Shown here piece by piece: positions 6,133-13,777 of a DNA stretch of 51,397 nt; position 1 is the stretch's first letter; each line of letters opens with the position of its first letter. The notes below the pieces were generated by a model, which had not been told where the DNA came from, ran no database searches, and saw nothing but the letters and a program-made list of their open reading frames with translations. The stretch is from a virus: the IMG/VR virus record IMGVR_UViG_3300045988_030125; one strand, written 5' to 3'. Position numbers and translations under genes: made by a program.

Positions 6133-6457
6133 GGCCCTGGTTAGCAAGATCAACAAGCTCAACGCCGAGATTAGCGCACTGACCGAAGCGCGGGATGAGC
6201 TTAAGGCTCAGCTATGCGAACAGTTTAACCCCGGCGACAAGATCACCGTGGGAGCCACTAGGGTCACTTTCGCGGTGCGCAAGACTATCAACCCAGCAGC
6301 GGTCGAAAAACTTGCAGCGTTTAAGAAACTGCCCAAGGCCGTGCGTGAGTCAGTCTACGACAAGCCCAAGCTCAACACGCGCAAGCTTGCAGCATTGGAG
6401 CTTATCGATCTGGGACCTGCAACCACCGTGTCGGACGTGTACGCGACATTCCGATGA
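6122..6457 (+). CDS. hypothetical coiled-coil protein (111 aa)
   Basis: I moved the track ORF start to ATG 6122, which follows AGAAAGTGAGAAC. Confidence 0.75.
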   Translation: MKTEALVSKINKLNAEISALTEARDELKAQLCEQFNPGDKITVGATRVTFAVRKTINPAAVEKLAAFKKLPKAVRESVYDKPKLNTRKLAALELIDLGPATTVSDVYATFR

Positions 6458-6681
6458 AGTGGAGCCAGTATGGGACGGGCAACAGTGAATACACTGTCCG
6501 ACAGGTTGAAGCTGTTGCCCGATCCCTGGAAGATAACGAGCTGGTGGAGTACTCCACCATGTGGCACGAAGCTGTACGCCAAATGCGGGCCGCTGAAATT
6601 ATCCACCAAAACCTTGGCGTTGGAGCCGAAATAGAATTGCCTAACGGCATGAGTATCTATATTGAAAGTGAGCGCAAATGA
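6454..6681 (+). CDS. hypothetical protein (75 aa)
   Basis: The ORF is in the track. Its start overlaps the upstream stop as ATGA. Confidence 0.7.
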   Translation: MKWSQYGTGNSEYTVRQVEAVARSLEDNELVEYSTMWHEAVRQMRAAEIIHQNLGVGAEIELPNGMSIYIESERK

Positions 6682-7217
6682 GTCTGAAAACTATTGCGGG
6701 ACAGGATTACGAGGATGTGTGCGTCTTCCAGTCCGACAACGGTGGGATCTACGTTGCCATGCGGGACAGAGATACGCCTGAGCCGGTTGAACTAGTCGGG
6801 GATTCCGATAAGTTCACCTACGGCTGTGTCGAAAGCGACAGTGAGTGCACGCTTTTCAAGCGCATCATGCGGTTCTGTGAAGTTCACGATCTGGCCCTGT
6901 ATGACGTGGATGTTACGGATATCTTTGAGGGCTACTGCAAGTGCTTCAAGTTCCCTGGTTGGCAAGACTATGACTACCATAACGAGCGCGGTGTGCTGTT
7001 CATGGTGCATAAGATGCTGGGAACCGCTAAACAGTGGATGGACTACAGCGACATGTGGGACATGAAAGACGTGTGGTCCATCATTGACCAAGCCAAGGGC
7101 GTGACTGTCGATGCAGTCTACGCTGAAAGTGGTCGGGACGCAGTGGAACTGTACCTCGACAAGGGGGACAAAGCATCCCTCAAGACCATTATTGACGACG
7201 CACTAGGGAGGTTCTAA
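6678..7217 (+). CDS. hypothetical protein (179 aa)
   Basis: The ORF is in the track. Its start overlaps the upstream stop as ATGA. Confidence 0.8.
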   Translation: MSLKTIAGQDYEDVCVFQSDNGGIYVAMRDRDTPEPVELVGDSDKFTYGCVESDSECTLFKRIMRFCEVHDLALYDVDVTDIFEGYCKCFKFPGWQDYDYHNERGVLFMVHKMLGTAKQWMDYSDMWDMKDVWSIIDQAKGVTVDAVYAESGRDAVELYLDKGDKASLKTIIDDALGRF

Positions 7218-7630
7218 TGTTTTCTGACTGGGTAGATAGACAAACGTTCAACTTGAATGAGCTGAGTGAGGATATTTTCAGGGAGCAATTTGACTCCAAC
7301 AGTATCGAAGGCTATCAGCGGTCCAAGGATAGCGAGACAGATGCAGAGAACGCGTGGGCATACTGGGACGATAATAATCTGCTGTATGACTTCCTTGAAA
7401 ACCTGTTTGAGACTCTCGGCTTTGTCGAATGGGACGATAAGCCGAGCGACGGACGTTTCATCTGGATTCAGGATTACGAGATGCTGGTTGTCAAGTCTAG
7501 CGATATTGCACTGCCTACCGAGGTTGTCGCAACATTCGACCGTGACTCTCTGTATGAGTGCCAGTATGCACAGGGCGTTGTCCGAGACGGTGTGTTCTAC
7601 TGTACCGTCGTTGCAAGGGAGCTTGACTAA
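7217..7630 (+). CDS. hypothetical acidic protein (137 aa)
   Basis: The ORF is in the track. Its start overlaps the upstream stop as TAATG. Confidence 0.8.
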   Translation: MFSDWVDRQTFNLNELSEDIFREQFDSNSIEGYQRSKDSETDAENAWAYWDDNNLLYDFLENLFETLGFVEWDDKPSDGRFIWIQDYEMLVVKSSDIALPTEVVATFDRDSLYECQYAQGVVRDGVFYCTVVARELD

Positions 7631-7788
7631 TGGACAATGCTTATATCCAAGTGCTAGAAGATGGGACAGGTATCGTTGTGACACATGACTTTGATATGGG
7701 TATTGGTGTCATTGCGGGACCACGCATCCTGGCATACCTGACCAAGGAACAAGTCAACATGATTAGGAGGATAAAGAATGAATCTTGA
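7630..7788 (+). CDS. hypothetical protein (52 aa)
   Basis: I translated this by hand. Its start overlaps the upstream stop as TAATG. Confidence 0.5.
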   Translation: MDNAYIQVLEDGTGIVVTHDFDMGIGVIAGPRILAYLTKEQVNMIRRIKNES

Positions 7789-8117
7789 AGAAATGACCAA
7801 GTAGTACAACCTTGCCTGTGCTAAGGCAGTGCAAGACGCTATCCACGAGCTTGCCGAAAAGTGGGGTCAAGATGCTATTAACGATCTGAATGAATCAGAT
7901 TACAAGGCTTGCGTTGAATTGTACGATGGGAGCATGTGTATCTATGCGCGTGTCGCTAAGGACGATTACTACGGCCCCCATTCGGTATGAAGATGATGAA
8001 CTAAATGCCGACGTACAGGAAGCGTTTGATAAGCTGGGCTTCCAGGTTGTTCTCAACGCAATGATTCATTACGGGATGGAAAGCACTGATGAACCACTGT
8101 ATTGGAGGATCTACTAA
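7778..8117 (+). pseudogene. interrupted gene with an in-frame TAG at 7802-7804 and a +1 frame change at a C5 run (7975-7979)
   Basis: A strong SD (AGGAGG) precedes ATG 7778. Protein-like sequence continues through the TAG. The C-terminal half lies in the frame of track ORF 7890-8117. Confidence 0.5.
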
Positions 8118-9533
8118 ATGACATTCAAGCCGCGCCACTACCAGGAACGTGTGCTGGAAGGGCTGGCAAACAGCAAAACGCCGTACACGGGCCTGGTAGG
8201 CGCGGGCCTAGGTACGGGCAAGACGGCAATGAGCGTGTGGAACGCGCTTAACGCTTTCGGTAGCACCATTGGGGACCAGATTATCCTGATCGTTGCCCCT
8301 GTCCGTACTGAGTCTGGCTGGCGCTCGCACTGGAAGACGCTTGCGGGCATCGACATGCGCACCTTGTCGGGGAAGAAAACAAAGGCCGCGCTTGCAGTGT
8401 GGGACGATCTTGAAAACCACGTCCCTGGTGTCTACTTCATCACATGGGAGCTTATGCGCTCACGTAACAAGGAACAGCGCTGGGACGGGCGCGCCAAGAA
8501 GATGGTGTACAAGTCCATGGCCCAGCCGTTCTATGGTGTCGAATTTGGGATGGTCATTGCCGATGAATGGCACCGCGCGTGCAACCATTCCTCGCTCAAC
8601 TTTGACGTAGCGCGACACATTAAGGCACAGTACCGCCTTGCGCTGAGTGCGACACCAGCGGGGAACAAGCCTTGTAACATTTGGGCAGCATTGAAGTTCT
8701 TGTGGCCTAACCATTACGGTGGATACTGGGACTTCTGTGAGAAGTTTTTTAAGGTTGAGCTTAACCCTTGGAGCGCATACTGGAAAGACTTTTCGGGAGA
8801 AAAGTACCCTGGCATGGTGCGTCGTGGCGCGCCGTCCTATCACGAGGTGAGCCAGGCTGAGGCCAACCCTGAGCTTCCTGGTGTCGTGATCCACCGTGTC
8901 GAAGTGGAGCTGACTAGGCAGCAGCGCAAACTTTACAACGAGCTGGAACAGAAGGCGCTCACGTTCCTAGGTGACCATCCGTTGGCGCTGTCGATCCCGA
9001 TGGAACTCGACACCCGCTTGCGTCAGATGACCCTGGGAGTACCTTCATTTAATGAAGACATGACTGTCGATTACAAGGAAGACTGCAAGTCGTCCAAGCT
9101 CGACGCCATGATGGACATTATCGCCGACCTCCCAGAGAATGAGCCTGTCGTTGTGTGGGTGCATAGCCAGAAGTTCATTAAGGCGGCGCTGCACCGTCTG
9201 AAGAAAGCTGGGATCAAAGCCATTGAAGTCTCTGGCAAGTCTCGTGGTGACTTCCAAGACATGATTAACGGCGACGTGCGCGTCATTGTCGCACAGCATG
9301 AAGCCATGTCAGAAGGAGTTGACGGTTTGCAGCGGGTGTGCCATACTGAGATATGGCTGAGCCAGTCAAACTCCCTGGTAATCAATGAGCAAGCAACGGG
9401 ACGACTCAACCGGCAGGGCCAGACTACAGTCGTTAACCGCTTCCTAATTCAGGCTACCAACACCGTGGACGACCGTGTTCTGGGACGCTTGCAGGAACGA
9501 TTCGACAAGCTCAAGGCATCCGGCCTTATCTGA
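8118..9533 (+). CDS. SNF2/DEAD-like superfamily-2 helicase
   Basis: The product has Walker A GLGTGKT, a DEWH box (VIADEWHR) and C-terminal helicase motifs (471 aa). Confidence 0.9.
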   Translation: MTFKPRHYQERVLEGLANSKTPYTGLVGAGLGTGKTAMSVWNALNAFGSTIGDQIILIVAPVRTESGWRSHWKTLAGIDMRTLSGKKTKAALAVWDDLENHVPGVYFITWELMRSRNKEQRWDGRAKKMVYKSMAQPFYGVEFGMVIADEWHRACNHSSLNFDVARHIKAQYRLALSATPAGNKPCNIWAALKFLWPNHYGGYWDFCEKFFKVELNPWSAYWKDFSGEKYPGMVRRGAPSYHEVSQAEANPELPGVVIHRVEVELTRQQRKLYNELEQKALTFLGDHPLALSIPMELDTRLRQMTLGVPSFNEDMTVDYKEDCKSSKLDAMMDIIADLPENEPVVVWVHSQKFIKAALHRLKKAGIKAIEVSGKSRGDFQDMINGDVRVIVAQHEAMSEGVDGLQRVCHTEIWLSQSNSLVINEQATGRLNRQGQTTVVNRFLIQATNTVDDRVLGRLQERFDKLKASGLI

Positions 9534-9563
9534 AATAACCCAACAAACTGAAGGAGAACAAAC

Positions 9564-9818
9564 ATGTACGATTACTACAATGATGCTGTTAGCAAGCTGA
9601 ACGCAAACCGGGAGAAGAAGTCTAAGGGTCGCTTCATCCCAATCCTGTTCTGTTTCGCTTTCGTGATTACGGGAGTTTGGTACCCTGCCTACTTCATGTG
9701 GGTTGTGTATGCTTTCGTGGCTTACATGGCAGTGATTATTGGGGCGCTTATCCTTGTGGGAGTGATCCTACTTGTGGTGTGGCTTCTGGTCCGGTACGCA
9801 AACAAGCTGGAAGACTGA
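9564..9818 (+). CDS. membrane protein (84 aa)
   Basis: The ORF is in the track, with SD GAAGGAG. It contains two long hydrophobic segments. Confidence 0.75.
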   Translation: MYDYYNDAVSKLNANREKKSKGRFIPILFCFAFVITGVWYPAYFMWVVYAFVAYMAVIIGALILVGVILLVVWLLVRYANKLED

Positions 9819-9821
9819 GCC

Positions 9822-10229
9822 ATGAAGATCGTTGAAGTTAACCACAAGACGGTAGCAAATCTCCTGAAGAAGTCCGTGGTAGAACACTGGCTTGAAGGGG
9901 AAGACGCTTGGCTGAAGTTCACTGATGGGAGCGTCGTGTGCATCCACGTGCTTAACCCTAAGTGGGAGACATATGTGTCACTGGATGAGCGAAAAGAAAA
10001 GGAAAGCACCACTAATAGTGTGTCGTTTAGCGACCACCAGGAGATTCATCTGTGGTACACCAGCACGGGTGAGGAGCACTTGTTCACGTCGCGCACTGTG
10101 TCTATTAATTTCGATTCTAGGCACTACTATGTGTCGGATAGGCTTAACTATCCAACTCGACAGTATGTCCCGATCATTGAGTTCAACTACTATGAAGAAG
10201 GAGAGCCACTTGGCAATTACAATTCGTGA
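9822..10229 (+). CDS. hypothetical protein (135 aa)
   Basis: The ORF is in the track. Confidence 0.75.
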   Translation: MKIVEVNHKTVANLLKKSVVEHWLEGEDAWLKFTDGSVVCIHVLNPKWETYVSLDERKEKESTTNSVSFSDHQEIHLWYTSTGEEHLFTSRTVSINFDSRHYYVSDRLNYPTRQYVPIIEFNYYEEGEPLGNYNS

Positions 10230-10890
10230 TATCTACGCGCCTGTTCTGGGCTATGGTTGGGAGAATCTTCCCATCCGCTACAACAAGCGACAGTACCTTG
10301 ACATCGAAGACGGCCTTGTCACTATGCCTAGTGGTGCGGTCATGGGCACCGGCAAGCTCCCTAACGGGCGTCTGGTTCTGCTCAACGACAAGGGGTCAGT
10401 GTGCGCTCAGTGGTGGAGTGGGCAGGACGAAATGGCCGCTGTCGATCCGTTCGACAACAAGGTCTTCACTGTGCCATACGCCGAGGACCTGAAGTGCAAC
10501 GCGCGCGAAATGACTTCTGCGCACATTGACATCAAGAAGGCTCAGCCACTTGACCTGTCGATCATGTGGGTCGATGACATTACGAACGAGTGTGGTTTCT
10601 TCAAGGAAGACCTCAGTGTCGGTGAGAACCACTACACTGACCGGCTGAATGGTAGTATGCTGCTTGCACTCACCGAGGACGAGGATGGTAACTACGTCGT
10701 GGGACGTAACTCCATCTTGTGCCGTCTGCTGCGGTACGTCGATGGGGATAGGTTCGCGTTCACTGACTATCGGAAGAAGTCGGGGCCTAGTCTTCTCACC
10801 GACAGCGGTACACTGACGGACTATGCACGGAAGATTCTTGCGTGGGCACAGAGTCTCACGCCTGAGCAGCGGGAGATTCTTTCTCGATGA
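10210..10890 (+). CDS. hypothetical protein (about 226 aa; start uncertain, 10192 or 10210)
   Basis: This is the 3' part of track ORF 9925-10890. TTG 10210 follows AAGGAGAG. The upstream part of the track ORF overlaps gene 9822-10229. Confidence 0.65.
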   Translation: MAITIRDIYAPVLGYGWENLPIRYNKRQYLDIEDGLVTMPSGAVMGTGKLPNGRLVLLNDKGSVCAQWWSGQDEMAAVDPFDNKVFTVPYAEDLKCNAREMTSAHIDIKKAQPLDLSIMWVDDITNECGFFKEDLSVGENHYTDRLNGSMLLALTEDEDGNYVVGRNSILCRLLRYVDGDRFAFTDYRKKSGPSLLTDSGTLTDYARKILAWAQSLTPEQREILSR

Positions 10891-11315
10891 GAGAGTACAT
10901 CAAGGCTGCTCGTGACGAGGCAGCTAAATCGCGATGTGATCGTGCCCATGTCGGGTGCGTGATTGTTGACCGTGCGACTGGTCGTGTGGTGTCTCGTGCA
11001 TTTAATGAGACACCACACGGCTTGGAGCCGTGCGACACGGGCGGTCACCGAATGATTGATGGGCACTGTGTTAACACTGTTCACGCGGAACGTAACGCGA
11101 TTAGGAAGATGACTTCACACGACAGTGAGTACACGCTTTACGTGACGCACTACCCGTGTCAGGGCTGTGCCCATCTCATTGCATCATGTCCCGATATCGT
11201 TGAGGTTGTGTACCTCGGCGACTATCGAAACTCCGAAGAAGCTACCGCCCTGTTGATGGGCCTGTCGAAAGGTGTTCACTGTGCAGAAGAAGATTGTTCT
11301 TCAAGTCCCGCCTGA
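10887..11315 (+). CDS. dCMP/cytidylate deaminase
   Basis: The zinc-binding motifs HAERNAI and PCQGCAHLI are present. Confidence 0.9.
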   Translation: MREYIKAARDEAAKSRCDRAHVGCVIVDRATGRVVSRAFNETPHGLEPCDTGGHRMIDGHCVNTVHAERNAIRKMTSHDSEYTLYVTHYPCQGCAHLIASCPDIVEVVYLGDYRNSEEATALLMGLSKGVHCAEEDCSSSPA

Positions 11316-11565
11316 GTATTTGTGGGACATCATTGATATCAACAAAGTGAAGAAGACCGGATGGGAGGTTAAGTCTGGCTCAGATAAGGTCACACGTAAG
11401 ATTCCGACGGTACCTATCTTTGGTACACGGGAAATGTGGAAAACAACAAAGCCAGGAGACATTCTGGTTTTCGTCGAGTCATCAGTTGATGACTTGCACA
11501 CGTACGCATGGAACCTCTATGTGATGTCAGAGGCTTTCTATAAGAAGTGGGAAGCCAATGAGTGA
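11281..11565 (+). CDS. hypothetical protein (about 94 aa; alternative start 11272)
   Basis: The ORF is in the track. GTG 11281 lies 7 nt after GAAAGG. Confidence 0.65.
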   Translation: MQKKIVLQVPPEYLWDIIDINKVKKTGWEVKSGSDKVTRKIPTVPIFGTREMWKTTKPGDILVFVESSVDDLHTYAWNLYVMSEAFYKKWEANE

Positions 11566-12262
11566 AATCTACGACCGGATTATCAAGGAACTCACCAAGC
11601 CCTCTGAGCGTGATAAACAGCGTAAGGTTGGTCCAAGTGAACTAGGAGACCTCTGCGAGCGTTGCTTGGCAGAAAAGCTGCTGGGTGTCCATCAGGATGA
11701 GAAGAACTACCCTCTAGCCCCTATGATCGGTACTGCTTTCCACCTGTACCTTGAGAACGTTATTGGCCTCAAGGATTACTTGAGGGAAACTAAGGTCACT
11801 GTAGGCACAATCGAAGGTTACGGGGATATCCGTGGTACTGCTGACGGTTTTTATGTTCCTACGGGGCATGTCGTTGACTATAAGGTCCTGTCGAAGAAGA
11901 AGATCAAGGCGTTTTCGTCTGCCACGTTCTTTGACGAGGACCGCAACCCTGAGTTCTACTCGGACTCGATGACCGAAGGCTCGCTCAAAAAGTACTACTA
12001 TCAAATGATGTTGTACGGTTTGGGTCTTGAAAACGCTGGCTATGAAGTGAATCACGTCTCATTGGTTTTGTTCCCACGAGACTGTACTGTAGAATCTGTC
12101 ATGGCTGCAAGTCATGAGCTGTGCTTTAAGTACAACCGTAAGGCTGCCCTGGCCGTTCTTGAACGTGCCAACCAAATCTTCAAGTGGGCCAACGAAAATC
12201 GGGACAACCTTGGAGAACTCGGCAGCCACCCCGGCTGCTACTATTGTGCTTTCAAGCGCTAA
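11558..12262 (+). CDS. Cas4/RecB-like PD-(D/E)xK exonuclease
   Basis: An N-terminal CxxC (CERC) and a C-terminal CYYC give four Cys residues. A D...DYK nuclease motif is present. Confidence 0.8.
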   Translation: MSEIYDRIIKELTKPSERDKQRKVGPSELGDLCERCLAEKLLGVHQDEKNYPLAPMIGTAFHLYLENVIGLKDYLRETKVTVGTIEGYGDIRGTADGFYVPTGHVVDYKVLSKKKIKAFSSATFFDEDRNPEFYSDSMTEGSLKKYYYQMMLYGLGLENAGYEVNHVSLVLFPRDCTVESVMAASHELCFKYNRKAALAVLERANQIFKWANENRDNLGELGSHPGCYYCAFKR

Positions 12263-12274
12263 GAAAGGAGAAAC

Positions 12275-13045
12275 ATGGGAAAGTTTGATTCATTCCTGGA
12301 GGGAATTGATATCGAAGTGTCTGATCCCCGAACCACCACACCTAAGCTGAAGGTCCTACTCTATGGACCTTCTGGCACTGGCAAGACCTCCCTTGCATCC
12401 TCGGCCTCTAAGGTTGAGGAGCTTGGACCTGTCCTCTATGTTGACTTGGAGCGAGGCACTGCGCCCGCTGCCAAGTTCGGTGATCTGGATAACATGCTCA
12501 TTGTCCAGCCTGCAACGTACAAAGAGTTCGCAGACCTCCTTGTTAAGATCAGTGGCGCAAAGGATAAGCCCTTCAAGACTGTCGTCATCGACACCGTTGA
12601 CCGCTTGCAGGAACTTATCAAGCTGCACTTTGCGGCGGTCAATCCAAAGGATTCATTCGCAATGTGGGCGGCGGCGTATGACAAGGTATTGGACCTTGTT
12701 AATACGATTGCCTTCGACATGGGCTTGAACATCATCACGATCACACACGAATCCCGCGAGATCGTGGAGACAGAACGACTCTCTCAAATTGCCCCTGACT
12801 TCGAGGGCAAGAAGAGCTTTAAGAAGCTCCCGGCAATCTTCGACCTGATTGGTCGAATGACCTGGGAGGATGTGGGAGAAGACGGGGAAGAAAAACTCAT
12901 CACTGTTCTTACAGTCAAGTCCCCGTCGAGTATTCTCACTAAGACCAGGTTCGACAACATGCCCGCAATGGTTGGCAACCCGTCGTTCGATAAGATCATG
13001 GGCTGGGTGCATGAACACTACGACATCAAGGAGAAGGATGACTGA
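12275..13045 (+). CDS. AAA/RecA-like ATPase
   Basis: Walker A GPSGTGKT and Walker B VVIDTVD are present. The SD AAAGGAGAAAC is strong. Confidence 0.85.
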   Translation: MGKFDSFLEGIDIEVSDPRTTTPKLKVLLYGPSGTGKTSLASSASKVEELGPVLYVDLERGTAPAAKFGDLDNMLIVQPATYKEFADLLVKISGAKDKPFKTVVIDTVDRLQELIKLHFAAVNPKDSFAMWAAAYDKVLDLVNTIAFDMGLNIITITHESREIVETERLSQIAPDFEGKKSFKKLPAIFDLIGRMTWEDVGEDGEEKLITVLTVKSPSSILTKTRFDNMPAMVGNPSFDKIMGWVHEHYDIKEKDD

Positions 13046-13235
13046 GTACCTGTCGATCAAGGACGTCTCTGAGATGACTGGGGTTAATCGGACTACCATC
13101 CTGTACCGTCTCCGAGCAGACAACAAGGCCTTCCCGGAGCCAGACTGTATTATTCGACATGGGCGAATCAACACCTACGGCTGGCTCCCTAAGACCATCA
13201 ACAATTACATTGAACTCAACAAGAAGGAGAACTGA
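13038..13235 (+). CDS. helix-turn-helix DNA-binding protein (MerR/excisionase-like, 65 aa)
   Basis: This uses the in-frame ATG of track ORF 12870-13235. YLSIKDVSEMTGVNRTTILYRL is a typical HTH. An SD AAGGAGAAGG precedes the ATG. Confidence 0.75.
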   Translation: MTEYLSIKDVSEMTGVNRTTILYRLRADNKAFPEPDCIIRHGRINTYGWLPKTINNYIELNKKEN

Positions 13236-13237
13236 TC

Positions 13238-13705
13238 ATGATTAACTTTGACGAGCTTATGACACTTGACGTTGCGGAGTCCATGAGCTTTGACCCCCTG
13301 CCCAAGGGACAGTACAAGGTGGCTGTCGATGCCTGTGAGCTGGGAGAGTCCAAGAATGGCAAGGCCATGTACACCGTGGACTTTGTTGTTACCGAGGGCG
13401 ACCACGCGGCACGTCAGATTCGCTACTGGCTGGTGCTTCAGACGAAGAAGGGTCTCCACTGGGACCTGCCCTCGTTCTGCAATGCATCTGGTAACGCCTG
13501 GCCTGAAGAGCCAACCGCTCGTACTGGTGAGTACTATTACCAGGTCGAACGAGACATCGTTGGTAAGACTGCGACGATCACTGTCGATGTCGAAGATAGT
13601 GAATACAATGGGCAGGTCACCAAGCGTAACAACATCAAGAAGGTTGAGTGGGACGAGGCCAAGAAGAAGTCTAAGAAGAAGAAGGCTTCTCGGATCGAAC
13701 TCTGA
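13238..13705 (+). CDS. DUF669-like phage protein (possible ssDNA-binding)
   Basis: The ORF is in the track, with SD AAGGAGAA. It has a lysine-rich acidic tail. The family assignment comes from memory of similar sequences. Confidence 0.6.
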   Translation: MINFDELMTLDVAESMSFDPLPKGQYKVAVDACELGESKNGKAMYTVDFVVTEGDHAARQIRYWLVLQTKKGLHWDLPSFCNASGNAWPEEPTARTGEYYYQVERDIVGKTATITVDVEDSEYNGQVTKRNNIKKVEWDEAKKKSKKKKASRIEL

Positions 13706-13713
13706 TCCCTTCG

Positions 13714-13756
13714 GGCGGGCCGTATCTTGACAGTGAGGTACGGCCCGCCGTACTAT
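13714..13756 (+). promoter_or_regulatory. Promoter P5 embedded in an 11-bp hairpin
   Basis: GGCGGGCCGTA (13714-13724) pairs with TACGGCCCGCC (13739-13749). TTGACA (13727-13732) sits in the loop. TACTAT lies at 13751-13756. Confidence 0.55.
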
Positions 13757-13777
13757 ATACAAGCAGAAAGGAGAGCG

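Noticed and set aside
7802-7804. Genome-wide TAG reassignment with a suppressor tRNA
   Set aside because: None of the three tRNAs has a CUA anticodon. TAG clearly terminates other genes (2181-2183, 3320-3322).
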